Position numbers and translations under genes: made by a program. 64,000 bases of DNA from an uncultured Actinomycetota bacterium (GTDB lineage Bacteria; Actinomycetota; Actinomycetes; Propionibacteriales; Nocardioidaceae): positions 169,005-233,004 of the forward strand of contig CAWCSB010000022.1 of the NCBI GenBank assembly GCA_963798045.1, written 5' to 3'. Shown here piece by piece: positions 42,102 to 50,871 of the stretch (positions are counted from its first letter, which is position 1; every line of letters starts with the position of its first letter). The notes under the pieces were generated by a model that was not told the origin of the DNA, ran no database searches, and saw only the letters and a program-made list of their open reading frames with translations.

Positions 42102-43502
42102 GTGACTTCTGCTCCCACGGCCAGCCCTGCCGCTGGCACCCTCGGCGAGCTCCGCGCGTCCGGACACGTCCAGAAGACGCTGCGCACCGAGCTCCGCGAC
42201 AACCTGCTCGACGCCCTGCGTGAGGGCCGGGACCCGTGGCCCGGCCTGCACGGCTTCGAGGACACGGTCATCCCCCAGCTCGAGCGGGCGCTGATCGCCG
42301 GTCACGACGTGGTGCTCCTCGGTGAGCGCGGCCAGGGCAAGACCCGGCTGCTGCGCACCCTGGTCGGCCTGCTCGACGAGTGGACCCCGGTGATCGGCGG
42401 CGCCGAGCTCGGCGAGCACCCCTACGAGCCGATCACGCACGACTCCCGCCGGCGCGCGCTCGAGCTCGGCGACGCGCTTCCGGTCGAGTGGCGGCACCGC
42501 GACGAGCGGTACGCCGAGAAGCTCGCCACGCCCGACACCAGCGTGGCCGACCTGATCGGCGACGTGGACCCGATGAAGGTCGCCGAAGGCCGCTCGCTGG
42601 GGGACCCGGACACCATCCACTTCGGGCTGATCCCGCGTTCCCACCGGGGCATCGTCGCGATCAACGAGCTGCCCGACCTGGCCGAGCGGATCCAGGTCGC
42701 CATGCTCAACGTGATGGAGGAGCGGGACATCCAGATCCGCGGCTACGTGCTGCGGCTGCCGCTCGACGTCCTCGTCGTCGCGAGCGCGAACCCGGAGGAC
42801 TACACCAACCGCGGCCGGATCATCACCCCGCTCAAGGACCGGTTCGGCGCCGAGATCCGCACCCACTACCCGACCGAGCTCGAGGACGAGATCGCGGTGA
42901 TCCGGCAGGAGGCGCACCTCGTCGCCGACGTGCCAGACCACCTCGTGGAGATCCTGGCGCGGTTCACGGGCAACCTGCGGGAGTCCTCGTCGGTCGACCA
43001 GCGCTCGGGCGTCTCTGCCCGGTTCGCGATCGCCGGCGCCGAGACGATCGCGGCGGCGGCACTGCACCGCTCGACGTCGCAGGGCGAGGACGAGCCGGTC
43101 GCGCGCGTGGTCGACCTCGAGACCGCGATCGACGTGCTCGGCGGCAAGATCGAGTTCGAGACCGGCGAGGAGGGTCGCGAGACCGAGATCCTCACCCACC
43201 TGCTCCGCACGGCCACCGCCGAGACGGTCCGGCACACCTTCCGCGGGCTCGACCTCGCGCTCCTCGTGGACGCTCTCGAGAGCGGCATGATGGTCACGAC
43301 CGGCGAGCAGGTCACCGCGCGCGACTTCCTCACCGGGCTGCCGGTGCTGGGCGAGTCGGAGCTGTACGACGAGATCTGCGACCGGCTCGGCGCCACCAAC
43401 GACGGCCAGCGGGCCGGCGCCGTCGAGCTCGCCCTCGAGGGGCTCTACCTCGCGCGCAAGATCAGCAAGGAGTCCGGCGGCGGAGAGACCGTCTATGGGT
43501 GA
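42102..43502 (+). CDS. Mg-chelatase/MoxR-like AAA+ ATPase (Rv0958-like)
   Basis: GERGQGKT, INELPDL, ASANPEDY, LKDRFG. Confidence 0.92.
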   Translation: MTSAPTASPAAGTLGELRASGHVQKTLRTELRDNLLDALREGRDPWPGLHGFEDTVIPQLERALIAGHDVVLLGERGQGKTRLLRTLVGLLDEWTPVIGGAELGEHPYEPITHDSRRRALELGDALPVEWRHRDERYAEKLATPDTSVADLIGDVDPMKVAEGRSLGDPDTIHFGLIPRSHRGIVAINELPDLAERIQVAMLNVMEERDIQIRGYVLRLPLDVLVVASANPEDYTNRGRIITPLKDRFGAEIRTHYPTELEDEIAVIRQEAHLVADVPDHLVEILARFTGNLRESSSVDQRSGVSARFAIAGAETIAAAALHRSTSQGEDEPVARVVDLETAIDVLGGKIEFETGEEGRETEILTHLLRTATAETVRHTFRGLDLALLVDALESGMMVTTGEQVTARDFLTGLPVLGESELYDEICDRLGATNDGQRAGAVELALEGLYLARKISKESGGGETVYG

Positions 43503-43507
43503 GCAAG

Positions 43508-45595
43508 ATGGCTAACCGGCACACCTCGAAGCAGGCACGCTCACGCTACGGCCGCTACGACGGCGGCGACCCGCTCGCGCCGCCGGTCGACATCGCCGAG
43601 GCCCTCGATGCGATCGGCCAGGACGTGATGGCGGGCTACTCGCCGGAGCGCGCGATGCGGGAGTTCCTGCGGCGCGGTGGCCGCGACCAGAGCGGCCTTG
43701 ACGACCTGGCCCGCCGGGTCGCCGAACGGCGCCGCGAGCTGCTGCAGAAGCACAACCTCGACGGGACGCTCCAGGAGATCAAGGACCTGCTGGAGCACGC
43801 CGTGCTGGAGGAGCGCAAGCAGCTGGCCCGCGACGTCGACATGGATGACGGCGACCGGGCGCTGCGCGAGATGCAGCTGGAGAACCTTCCGCCCAACACC
43901 GCCGCCGCCGTGACCGAGCTGTCGCCGTACGACTGGCAGAGCCGGGAGGCCCGCGAGGACTACGAGAAGATCAAGGACCTCCTCGGCCGGGAGCTGCTCG
44001 ACCAGCGGTTCGCCGGGATGAAGCAGGCGCTCGAGAACGCCACCGACGAGGACCGCGCGGCGATCAACGAGATGCTCACCGACCTCAACGAGCTGCTCGA
44101 GAAGCGCAACCGCGGCGAGGACTCCCAGGAGGACTTCGACGAGTTCATGGCCAAGCACGGGGACTTCTTCCCGGAGAACCCGCAGAACCTCGACGAGCTC
44201 CTCGACGCGATGGCGGCCCGCGCCGCCGCCGCGCAGCGGATGCTCAACTCGATGTCGGCCGAGCAGCGGGCGGAGCTGATGCAGCTCTCGCAGCAGGCGT
44301 TCGGATCTCCCGCACTGATGGAGTCGCTGTCCCGTCTCGACTCGAACCTGCAGTCCCTGCGTCCCGGCGAGGACTGGGGCGGTTCGGAGCGGATGGACGG
44401 CTCCGAGGGTCTCGGGCTCGGCGACGGCACCGGCGTCTTCCAGGACCTCTCCGACCTCGACGAGCTGGCCGAGCAGCTCTCGCAGTCCTACGGCGGCGCG
44501 CGGATGGACGACCTGGACCTCGACAAGCTGGCCCGCCAGCTCGGTGACGACGCCCGGGTCGACGCCCGGACCCTCCAGGAGCTCGAGCGGGCGCTGCGCG
44601 ACGGCGGCACCCTGCGCCGCGGCTCCGACGGCAACCTCCAGCTCACTCCGAAGGCGATGCGTCAGCTCGGCAAGGCGCTGCTGCGCGACGTGGCCGAGAA
44701 GATGTCCGGCCGTCAGGGACAGCGGGAGCTGCGCCGGGCCGGCGCGGCAGGCGACCTGTCGGGGGCCACCCGTCAGTGGGAGTTCGGCGACACCGAGCCC
44801 TGGCACGTGCCCCGGACGATCACCAACGCCGTCGTCCGCACCGCCTCCGAGGGCGCTCTGCCGGTGGTTGAGGAGGGCGCTCCGCGCCCGTCTCGAAACC
44901 CCGGCCTCCGGCTGACGGTCGACGACATCGAGGTCCAGGAGACCGAGGACCGCACCCAGGCGTGCGTGGCGCTGCTCGTCGACACGTCGTTCTCGATGGC
45001 GATGGATGGCCGCTGGGTGCCGATGAAGCGGACCGCGCTGGCCCTGCACACGCTGATCCGGTCCCGGTTCCGCGGGGACGCGCTGCAGCTGATCGGCTTC
45101 GGCCGGCACGCCGAGGTCATGGAGATCGAGGAGCTCACCGCGCTCGACGCTATGTGGGACAAGGGCACCAACCTGCACCACGCCCTGCTGCTTGCGAACC
45201 GGCACTTCCGCAAGCACCCCCACGCCCAGCCGGTGCTGCTGGTCGTCACCGACGGTGAGCCGACCTCGCACCTCGAGCCCGACGGCGAGGTCTACTTCAG
45301 CTACCCGCCGCACCCGCTGACGGTCGCGTACGCCGTCCGGGAGCTCGACAACGCCCGCCGGCTCGGTGCCCAGACGACGTTCTTCAGGCTCGGCGACGAC
45401 CCGGGTCTGGCTCGCTTCATCGAGTCCATGGCGCAGCGCGTCGAGGGCCGGGTCGTGGCCCCCGAGCTCGACGACCTGGGCGCGGCAGTCGTCGGGTCCT
45501 ACCTGGGCTCCCGCGGCGCCGGCGGCACGGCCATGCCCTACCGCGGCGGCTACGGCGACTGGTTCGGCGGCCGGGGGTTCTGGGTCGGCGACTGA
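43508..45595 (+). CDS. vWA-domain protein (Rv0959-like), partner of the AAA+ ATPase
   Basis: MIDAS DTSFSM, GTNLHHAL, VTDGEP. Confidence 0.9.
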   Translation: MANRHTSKQARSRYGRYDGGDPLAPPVDIAEALDAIGQDVMAGYSPERAMREFLRRGGRDQSGLDDLARRVAERRRELLQKHNLDGTLQEIKDLLEHAVLEERKQLARDVDMDDGDRALREMQLENLPPNTAAAVTELSPYDWQSREAREDYEKIKDLLGRELLDQRFAGMKQALENATDEDRAAINEMLTDLNELLEKRNRGEDSQEDFDEFMAKHGDFFPENPQNLDELLDAMAARAAAAQRMLNSMSAEQRAELMQLSQQAFGSPALMESLSRLDSNLQSLRPGEDWGGSERMDGSEGLGLGDGTGVFQDLSDLDELAEQLSQSYGGARMDDLDLDKLARQLGDDARVDARTLQELERALRDGGTLRRGSDGNLQLTPKAMRQLGKALLRDVAEKMSGRQGQRELRRAGAAGDLSGATRQWEFGDTEPWHVPRTITNAVVRTASEGALPVVEEGAPRPSRNPGLRLTVDDIEVQETEDRTQACVALLVDTSFSMAMDGRWVPMKRTALALHTLIRSRFRGDALQLIGFGRHAEVMEIEELTALDAMWDKGTNLHHALLLANRHFRKHPHAQPVLLVVTDGEPTSHLEPDGEVYFSYPPHPLTVAYAVRELDNARRLGAQTTFFRLGDDPGLARFIESMAQRVEGRVVAPELDDLGAAVVGSYLGSRGAGGTAMPYRGGYGDWFGGRGFWVGD
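44861..44900 (+). repeat. REP-like unit inside the vWA CDS
   Basis: CCGGTGGTTGAGGAGGGCGCTCCGCGCCCGTCTCGAAACC matches the units at 38105-38143 and 57603-57640. Confidence 0.8.
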
Positions 45596-45598
45596 AGG

Positions 45599-45787
45599 TC
45601 AGGGAGCGAGGATCGTCTCCAGGACCGTGCGCGTCACGAACGCCTTGTAGGCGTCTTCAGGCTTGCCGTCCTGCTGGACGAAGCGCACGTAGGTCTCGAC
45701 GCAGATGATCGGCTCGTCGCCGCGAGCATGGATCGAGCCGGCGGTGTGACGCGCCTCGTCGAGCTCGTCGACGAGCTCGCTGCTCAC
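45599..45787 (-). CDS. Small hypothetical protein or gene remnant
   Basis: 62-aa ORF with plausible codon usage filling the gap between genes. Confidence 0.35.
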   Translation of the reverse strand: MSSELVDELDEARHTAGSIHARGDEPIICVETYVRFVQQDGKPEDAYKAFVTRTVLETILAP

Positions 45788-45828
45788 CCCGTGTGACGAG
45801 GGCCAGGTGGACCGCCCATGATCCTCGG

Positions 45829-46092
45829 GTGGACCTGACCGTCATCCTCGTCAACGTCGTCGGCTGGCTCGGCATGGCGCTGCTCATCAGCGCGTACGCC
45901 CTGGTCACCACCGGGCGGATCCTCGGGCCCAGCCTGACGTTCCAGCTCATGAACCTGCTCGGCGGCGGGTCGCTGATGGTCAACTCCGCCTACTACGGCG
46001 CCTGGCCGTCCGCAGCCCTCAACCTGGTCTGGGTCGTGATCGGCCTGGTGGGGCTGGCCCGGGCCCGGCTGCGCGCGGCAGCCGCCGACTGA
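45829..46092 (+). CDS. CBU_0592-like small membrane protein
   Basis: GWLG..AYAL, FQLMNLLG, PSAALNLVW. Confidence 0.75.
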   Translation: MDLTVILVNVVGWLGMALLISAYALVTTGRILGPSLTFQLMNLLGGGSLMVNSAYYGAWPSAALNLVWVVIGLVGLARARLRAAAAD

Positions 46093-46167
46093 CCGGCCGC
46101 CGGCTGTAGGGGCAGGCCGGGACGTTGGCCTCTACTCCCGTTCGCGGACACGCGGGAGGCTCTGGAG

Positions 46168-46872
46168 GTGGTCGCATCGGTTCGCCTGTACTGGATCCCC
46201 GTCGGGGCCGGCCGGAACGTCGTCCGCCGGAGCTCTCGGGTCTTCGAGACCCTCGACGCGCGGCGGCACCACCGCGGTCAGCGCACGCTCTACCACGCCG
46301 CACTCGAGGTGCAGCTGGATGCGGACCGGTGGACCGTGGAGATGGCCCCCGCGTGGGGTGGCGCACCCCGGGACCACGGCGTCACGGCCACCGGCCCGGT
46401 CGGGTTCCGGCGCCTTGGCGGCTCTCGGATCTTCCGTTACGAGGTGCGCGTGTGGCGCGATGGCTCCGTGCCCGATCTCGGCTTCGCCGTCGGGGACACG
46501 GTGCGCGTCGCCACCGACCACGCGCGCACCCGTCGGCTGATCTCCGCCGGGTCCCGAGTGCCGGGGCTGACGTGGGGTCGCGACGAGCTCGGGCTGGGTG
46601 ACATGTGGAACTCGAACTCGCTGGTCGCCTGGCTCCTGACCGCCAGCGGCCACGACGTCGCCTCACTCGAACCACCGGGGGGTGGCCGCGCGCCGGGCTG
46701 GACAGCGGGCCTGGAGCTGGCCCGGCGCACGGGTCAGGTCGGGTGCAACGCTCGCGCGAGCTCCTCGACGCCGTCGACGAGCCGCGGCCCTGGACGCGCC
46801 CACGCGGCGTTGGCGTCCACGGCGCGCACGACCGCACGGGGCGGCAGCAGGTCGCCGAGCAGGTCCGCCTGA
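46168..46872 (+). CDS. Conserved hypothetical protein (3' end uncertain)
   Basis: LYWIPVGAG, LYHAALEV, WGRDEL, MWNSNS; the tail overlaps the convergent gene by 139 nt. Confidence 0.65.
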   Translation: MVASVRLYWIPVGAGRNVVRRSSRVFETLDARRHHRGQRTLYHAALEVQLDADRWTVEMAPAWGGAPRDHGVTATGPVGFRRLGGSRIFRYEVRVWRDGSVPDLGFAVGDTVRVATDHARTRRLISAGSRVPGLTWGRDELGLGDMWNSNSLVAWLLTASGHDVASLEPPGGGRAPGWTAGLELARRTGQVGCNARASSSTPSTSRGPGRAHAALASTARTTARGGSRSPSRSA

Positions 46873-47576
46873 GCCTGCGCTCCCGCACGGTCGAAGCCGC
46901 ACGGCGCCACGACCACGACGTCCGGACGAGCGGCCGAGACGTCGGCCCAGCTGACGCGCACGGACTTCTGACCTGCGGCGCCGAGCACGTTCGCGCCGCC
47001 GGCGAGCTCGACCATCTCGGGGATCCAGTGACCGGGGGCGTACGGCGGATCGGTCCACTCGAGCACGGCTACCCGTGGCCGCGGCCGTCCCGCGACGGCG
47101 GACTGGACGGCATCCAGCCGCGTGCGGAGCGAGTCGACGAGGTCGTGGGCCGTGTCGACGTGGCCAGTGGCCTTGCCCAGGAGCAGCACCGAGTCGAGCA
47201 CCTCGTCGAGGGTGTGCGGGTCGACGGTCAGCACGTCGGCGGTGCAACCGAGGTGGGCGAGCGCGGCGTCGACCGTGGTCACGTCGACCGCGCAGACCGC
47301 GCAGAGGTCCTGGGTGACCACGAGGGTGGGGTCGAGGGAGCGCAGCGCGTCGGCGGCCAGGTGGTAGAGGTCCTCGCCCCGCGCCACCGCGTCGACGACG
47401 TACGCGTCGATCTCGGCCGGCGTGAGCCCTGTGGGCATCGCGGAGGTCGAGACGATCGCGCGGGTGCGGGCCTCGGCCGGGGTGTCGCACTCGAACGTCA
47501 CGCCGACCACGTCGTCGCCGGCGCCGAGCGCGAACAGGATCTCGGTGGTCGAGGGGAGCAGCGACACGATCCGCAC
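46734..47576 (-). CDS. BtuF-like cobalamin/Fe-siderophore-binding protein (no signal peptide)
   Basis: RIVSLLPSTTE, VTQDLCAVCAV, GHWIPEMV, RPGPRLVDG. Confidence 0.88.
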   Translation of the reverse strand: MRIVSLLPSTTEILFALGAGDDVVGVTFECDTPAEARTRAIVSTSAMPTGLTPAEIDAYVVDAVARGEDLYHLAADALRSLDPTLVVTQDLCAVCAVDVTTVDAALAHLGCTADVLTVDPHTLDEVLDSVLLLGKATGHVDTAHDLVDSLRTRLDAVQSAVAGRPRPRVAVLEWTDPPYAPGHWIPEMVELAGGANVLGAAGQKSVRVSWADVSAARPDVVVVAPCGFDRAGAQAQADLLGDLLPPRAVVRAVDANAAWARPGPRLVDGVEELARALHPT

Positions 47577-47640
47577 GCCGTCCAACCTAGGGCGTCCCGA
47601 GCCGGGATCGGTGCCGACCGACCCAGCTGCAGCCTCTTAG

Positions 47641-47796
47641 GAGCCTGCAGAACAATGACGCGGCGCCAGCGCCGCGACAGCCGCACGCTGGCTTTGTTAC
47701 CGGCCCTCGAAAGGCGCCCAGCCTGCCATCGGGACGGCGCCGTGCCATCGCACGACTCTCGCGACGCTGGCATCCACGCCCTTGTTCAGCAGCCTC
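47641..47796. mobile_element. MITE-like element A (156 bp)
   Basis: 15-bp TIRs GAGCCTGCAGAACAA / TTGTTCAGCAGCCTC (2 mismatches), flanked by TTAG and CTAG. Confidence 0.75.
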
Positions 47797-47809
47797 CTAG
47801 GGTGACCGG

Positions 47810-48589
47810 GTGGACGACCCGACGCTGATCGTGCTGGTCCTGCTCGGGCTGGCGGCCGTCGCCGCAGGGTTCGTGGACGCAGTGGTCGGCGGTGGCGGCC
47901 TCATCCAGCTCCCCGCTCTTCTCGTCGGGCTCCCGCACGCCTCACCCATCCAGATCCTCGCCACCAACAAGCTCGCGAGCATCTGCGGCACGACGGTGAG
48001 CTCGGCGACGTACTACCGCCGCATCAAGCCGGACCCGCGCACCTTCCTGCCGATGATGCTGCTGGCGTTCGCCGGCTCGTTCTGCGGAGCGCTGTTCGCG
48101 AGCCAGCTCCCGCGCTCGGCGTTCGAGCCGATCGTGCTGGTCGCGCTCGTGGTGGTCGGTGGCTACGTCCTGCTCAAGCCGACGCTCGGCGAGGTCACCG
48201 CGCTGCGCTACGCCGGCCACCGGCACCTCGCGACCGCCCTGGCCGTCGGCTTCGTCATCGGCTTCTACGACGGCGCGCTCGGCCCGGGCACCGGCAGCTT
48301 CCTCGTCTTCTCCCTGGTCGGGCTGCTCGGCTACTCGTTCCTCGAGGCCTCGGCCAAGGCCCGGCTCGCCAACTGGGCCACCAACCTCGGCGCCCTCGCA
48401 CTGTTCGTCCCGCAGGGAGCGGTGCTCTGGAAGGTCGGTCTCGTGATGGGCGCGTGCAACCTGGTCGGCGGGTACGTCGGCGCGCGGGTCGCGGTCTCGC
48501 GTGGCGCGCGCTTCGTGCGGGTCTTCTTCATCGTCGTCGTGTCGGCGTTCATCGTCCGGATCGGCGGCGACGTCGCTGGTCTGTGGTGA
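47810..48589 (+). CDS. TSUP (TauE/SafE) family transporter
   Basis: AGFVDAVVGGGGLI, ATNK, GFYDGALGPGTG. Confidence 0.93.
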   Translation: MDDPTLIVLVLLGLAAVAAGFVDAVVGGGGLIQLPALLVGLPHASPIQILATNKLASICGTTVSSATYYRRIKPDPRTFLPMMLLAFAGSFCGALFASQLPRSAFEPIVLVALVVVGGYVLLKPTLGEVTALRYAGHRHLATALAVGFVIGFYDGALGPGTGSFLVFSLVGLLGYSFLEASAKARLANWATNLGALALFVPQGAVLWKVGLVMGACNLVGGYVGARVAVSRGARFVRVFFIVVVSAFIVRIGGDVAGLW

Positions 48590-48592
48590 TGA

Positions 48593-48752
48593 GGGCGTGT
48601 CTCCCAACCCCTGGCGGCGCCGGACGCCGCCCAGATCACGCGCTGGCGGCGTTGCCGACCCTTCGAAGACGCCCAGTCTGCGTGCGCGCCGGCGCCTGGC
48701 CAGCCCGCGCCTGGACGACGCCGGCATCCACCACGAATTGGGAGACACGCCC
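48593..48752. mobile_element. MITE-like element B (160 bp)
   Basis: Perfect 15-bp TIRs GGGCGTGTCTCCCAA / TTGGGAGACACGCCC, flanked by TGA and TAA. Confidence 0.8.
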
Positions 48753-48764
48753 TAACCTCTGCCC

Positions 48765-49136
48765 ATGAGCATCCCCGTCGAGGTCGCCGACCTGGCGCGG
48801 GCGCTGGAGGACTTCGGCGCCGGCTACCTGCTGACCACGACCGGCGGCACGGTCAAGGTGGTCACCGTCGAGCCGACGGTCACCGACGGTGCGGTGCTGG
48901 TCGAACGGCCGGGCAAGGGCACCGTCGCCAACCTGGCCGGCAACGCCACGGTGACTCTGGTCTTCCCGCCGCGGGAGCCGAAGGGGTTCACCCTCCTCGT
49001 CGACGGCACCGCGGAGGTAGCAGGCGAGGACGTCCGGATCACCCCGGCGACGGCAGTGCTGCACCGGCCGGCCAGCCACGCCGACGGCCCGCCGGCGCCC
49101 GACGGCTGCGGCAACGACTGCGCCCCGGTCGCGTGA
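48765..49136 (+). CDS. Pyridoxamine-5'-phosphate-oxidase-like (split barrel) protein
   Basis: GYLLTT, VTLVFPP, LLVDG, AVLHRPA. Confidence 0.7.
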   Translation: MSIPVEVADLARALEDFGAGYLLTTTGGTVKVVTVEPTVTDGAVLVERPGKGTVANLAGNATVTLVFPPREPKGFTLLVDGTAEVAGEDVRITPATAVLHRPASHADGPPAPDGCGNDCAPVA

Positions 49137-49880
49137 CCCCGCTGTGGATCGTCGCCTTCCTCGACTTCCCTGGCGACACTCACGAGGCAGCCGCCGACTT
49201 CTGGGCAGGCGGTGACCGGCTTCGAGCGAGGACCGCAGCGCGGTGAGGAGGGCCAGTTCTCCACGCTGGTCCCACCCACGGGCACCGACTACCTGCGCGT
49301 CCAGCGGCTCGAGGAGCACACACCGCGCGTGCACCTCGACCTCCACGTGGATGACCCCGCATCCGCAGCCAGGGAGGCCGAGGAGCTCGGAGCCGAGGTG
49401 CTGGACTCGCCGTACGACGACCTGAGAACCATGAGGTCTCCCGGCGGCCTGGTCTTCTGCTTCGTCCCCGAGGCCGGCGGCGAGCGGCCACCGGCCACCT
49501 CATGGCCCGACGGCCGCACGTCGTACGTCGACCAGGTCTGCCTCGACATCCCGCCGAGCCGGTACGACGCCGAGCTGGACTTCTGGCACGCACTGACCGG
49601 TTGGCAGCGCCGGGATCGCAGGCCCGGCTCGGAGTTCGGCCGGCTCACACCCGGCCCCGGCCAGCCGCTGCAGCTGCTCCTGCAGCGCCTCGACGACGAG
49701 CAGGACGCCGTGACCGCACACCTCGACTGGTCCGCGTCCGACCACGAGGCCGAGCTGGTGGCGCACGAGGCCGCCGGCGCCGAGGTGCAGGGCCGCTTCG
49801 AGTGGTGGACCGTGCTCCGCGACCCCGCCGGGCTGACCTACTGCGTCACCCGGCGCCAACCCGGAGACCGACCGGAGTGA
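49133..49880 (+). CDS. Two-domain VOC family protein (single extra G near 49205)
   Basis: MTPLWIVAFLD..FW then VTG in the next frame; RVHLDL, LRDPAGLTYC. Confidence 0.8.
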
Positions 49881-50368
49881 ACGACGAGATCGCGAACCTG
49901 AGCGTGTTCCTCGAGGACCACCGCGCGATCTTCCGCCGCAAGGCCGGCGGTCTGAGCCGCGACCAGCTCCGGCAGACGCTGCCGCCGTCCGACCTCACCC
50001 TCGGCGGGATGGTCAAGCACCTCACCTTCGTGGAGGACTGGTGGTTCGGCCGCCACCTGCTCGACGAGCAGGTCGAGCTCTGGGCGAGGGTCGACTGGGC
50101 GGCCGACCCGGACTGGGACTGGCACTCCGCGGCCGACGACACACCGGATCAGCTCTGGGACCTGTGGGAGGACGCGGTGGCCCGCTCACGGGCGGCCGTG
50201 GCGGCGGATCCACGCCCGGAGCGGCTGGCCCGCAAGGCCCGTCCGGACGGACGCCCACCCGTCACCCTGCGCTGGCTCCTCACGCACATGATCGAGGAGT
50301 ACGCGCGGCACAACGGCCACGCCGACCTGATCCGCCAGTCCATCGACGGCCAGGTGGGCGACTCGTGA
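49877..50368 (+). CDS. DinB/DUF664 family (possible mycothiol transferase)
   Basis: LGGMVKHL..VEDWWF, HMIEEYARHNGHADL. Confidence 0.9.
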   Translation: MNDEIANLSVFLEDHRAIFRRKAGGLSRDQLRQTLPPSDLTLGGMVKHLTFVEDWWFGRHLLDEQVELWARVDWAADPDWDWHSAADDTPDQLWDLWEDAVARSRAAVAADPRPERLARKARPDGRPPVTLRWLLTHMIEEYARHNGHADLIRQSIDGQVGDS

Positions 50369-50871
50369 TGATCCGCTCGATGACCGAGGACGACTGGCCG
50401 CAGGTCTGGCCGTTCTTCGACGAGATCGTGGCGGCCGGCGAGACCTACGCCTACCCGCTCGACCTCACCTCCGAGCAGGCCCGCGCCCTCTGGACGATGA
50501 GTCCGCCCGGCCAGACCGTCGTCCTCGAGGAGGACTTGCCCGAGATCGGACCCCGAGTGCTGGGCAGCGCCACCATGGGCCCCAACCGGCCCGGTCGCGG
50601 GAGCCATGTCGGCACCGCGTCGTTCATGGTCTCCGGCGATGCCCGGGGGCGCGGCGTGGGCCGCCGGCTGGGGGAGTACGTCGTGCAGTGGCACCGCGAC
50701 CAGGGGTTCCGGGCGATCCAGTTCAACGCGGTCGTCGAGACCAACGAACCGGCCGTGCGCCTCTGGGAGGCCCTCGGCTTCCGCGTCGTCGGCACCGTGC
50801 CGGCGGCGTTCGACTCAGCCGCGCACGGCCTGGTCGGCCTGCACGTCATGCACCTGTCGCTGGACCACTAG
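50368..50871 (+). CDS. GNAT N-acetyltransferase
   Basis: ARGRGVG, FNAVVETNEPAVRLW..LGF. Confidence 0.92.
   Translation: MIRSMTEDDWPQVWPFFDEIVAAGETYAYPLDLTSEQARALWTMSPPGQTVVLEEDLPEIGPRVLGSATMGPNRPGRGSHVGTASFMVSGDARGRGVGRRLGEYVVQWHRDQGFRAIQFNAVVETNEPAVRLWEALGFRVVGTVPAAFDSAAHGLVGLHVMHLSLDH

Noticed and set aside
42102-45595. AAA+/vWA pair as a novel defence or chelatase system
   Set aside because: It matches the widespread Rv0958/Rv0959-type pair.
47577-47810. Cobalamin riboswitch upstream of the BtuF-like gene
   Set aside because: No B12-box motifs are present. The gene looks leaderless and the structure is explained by MITE A.
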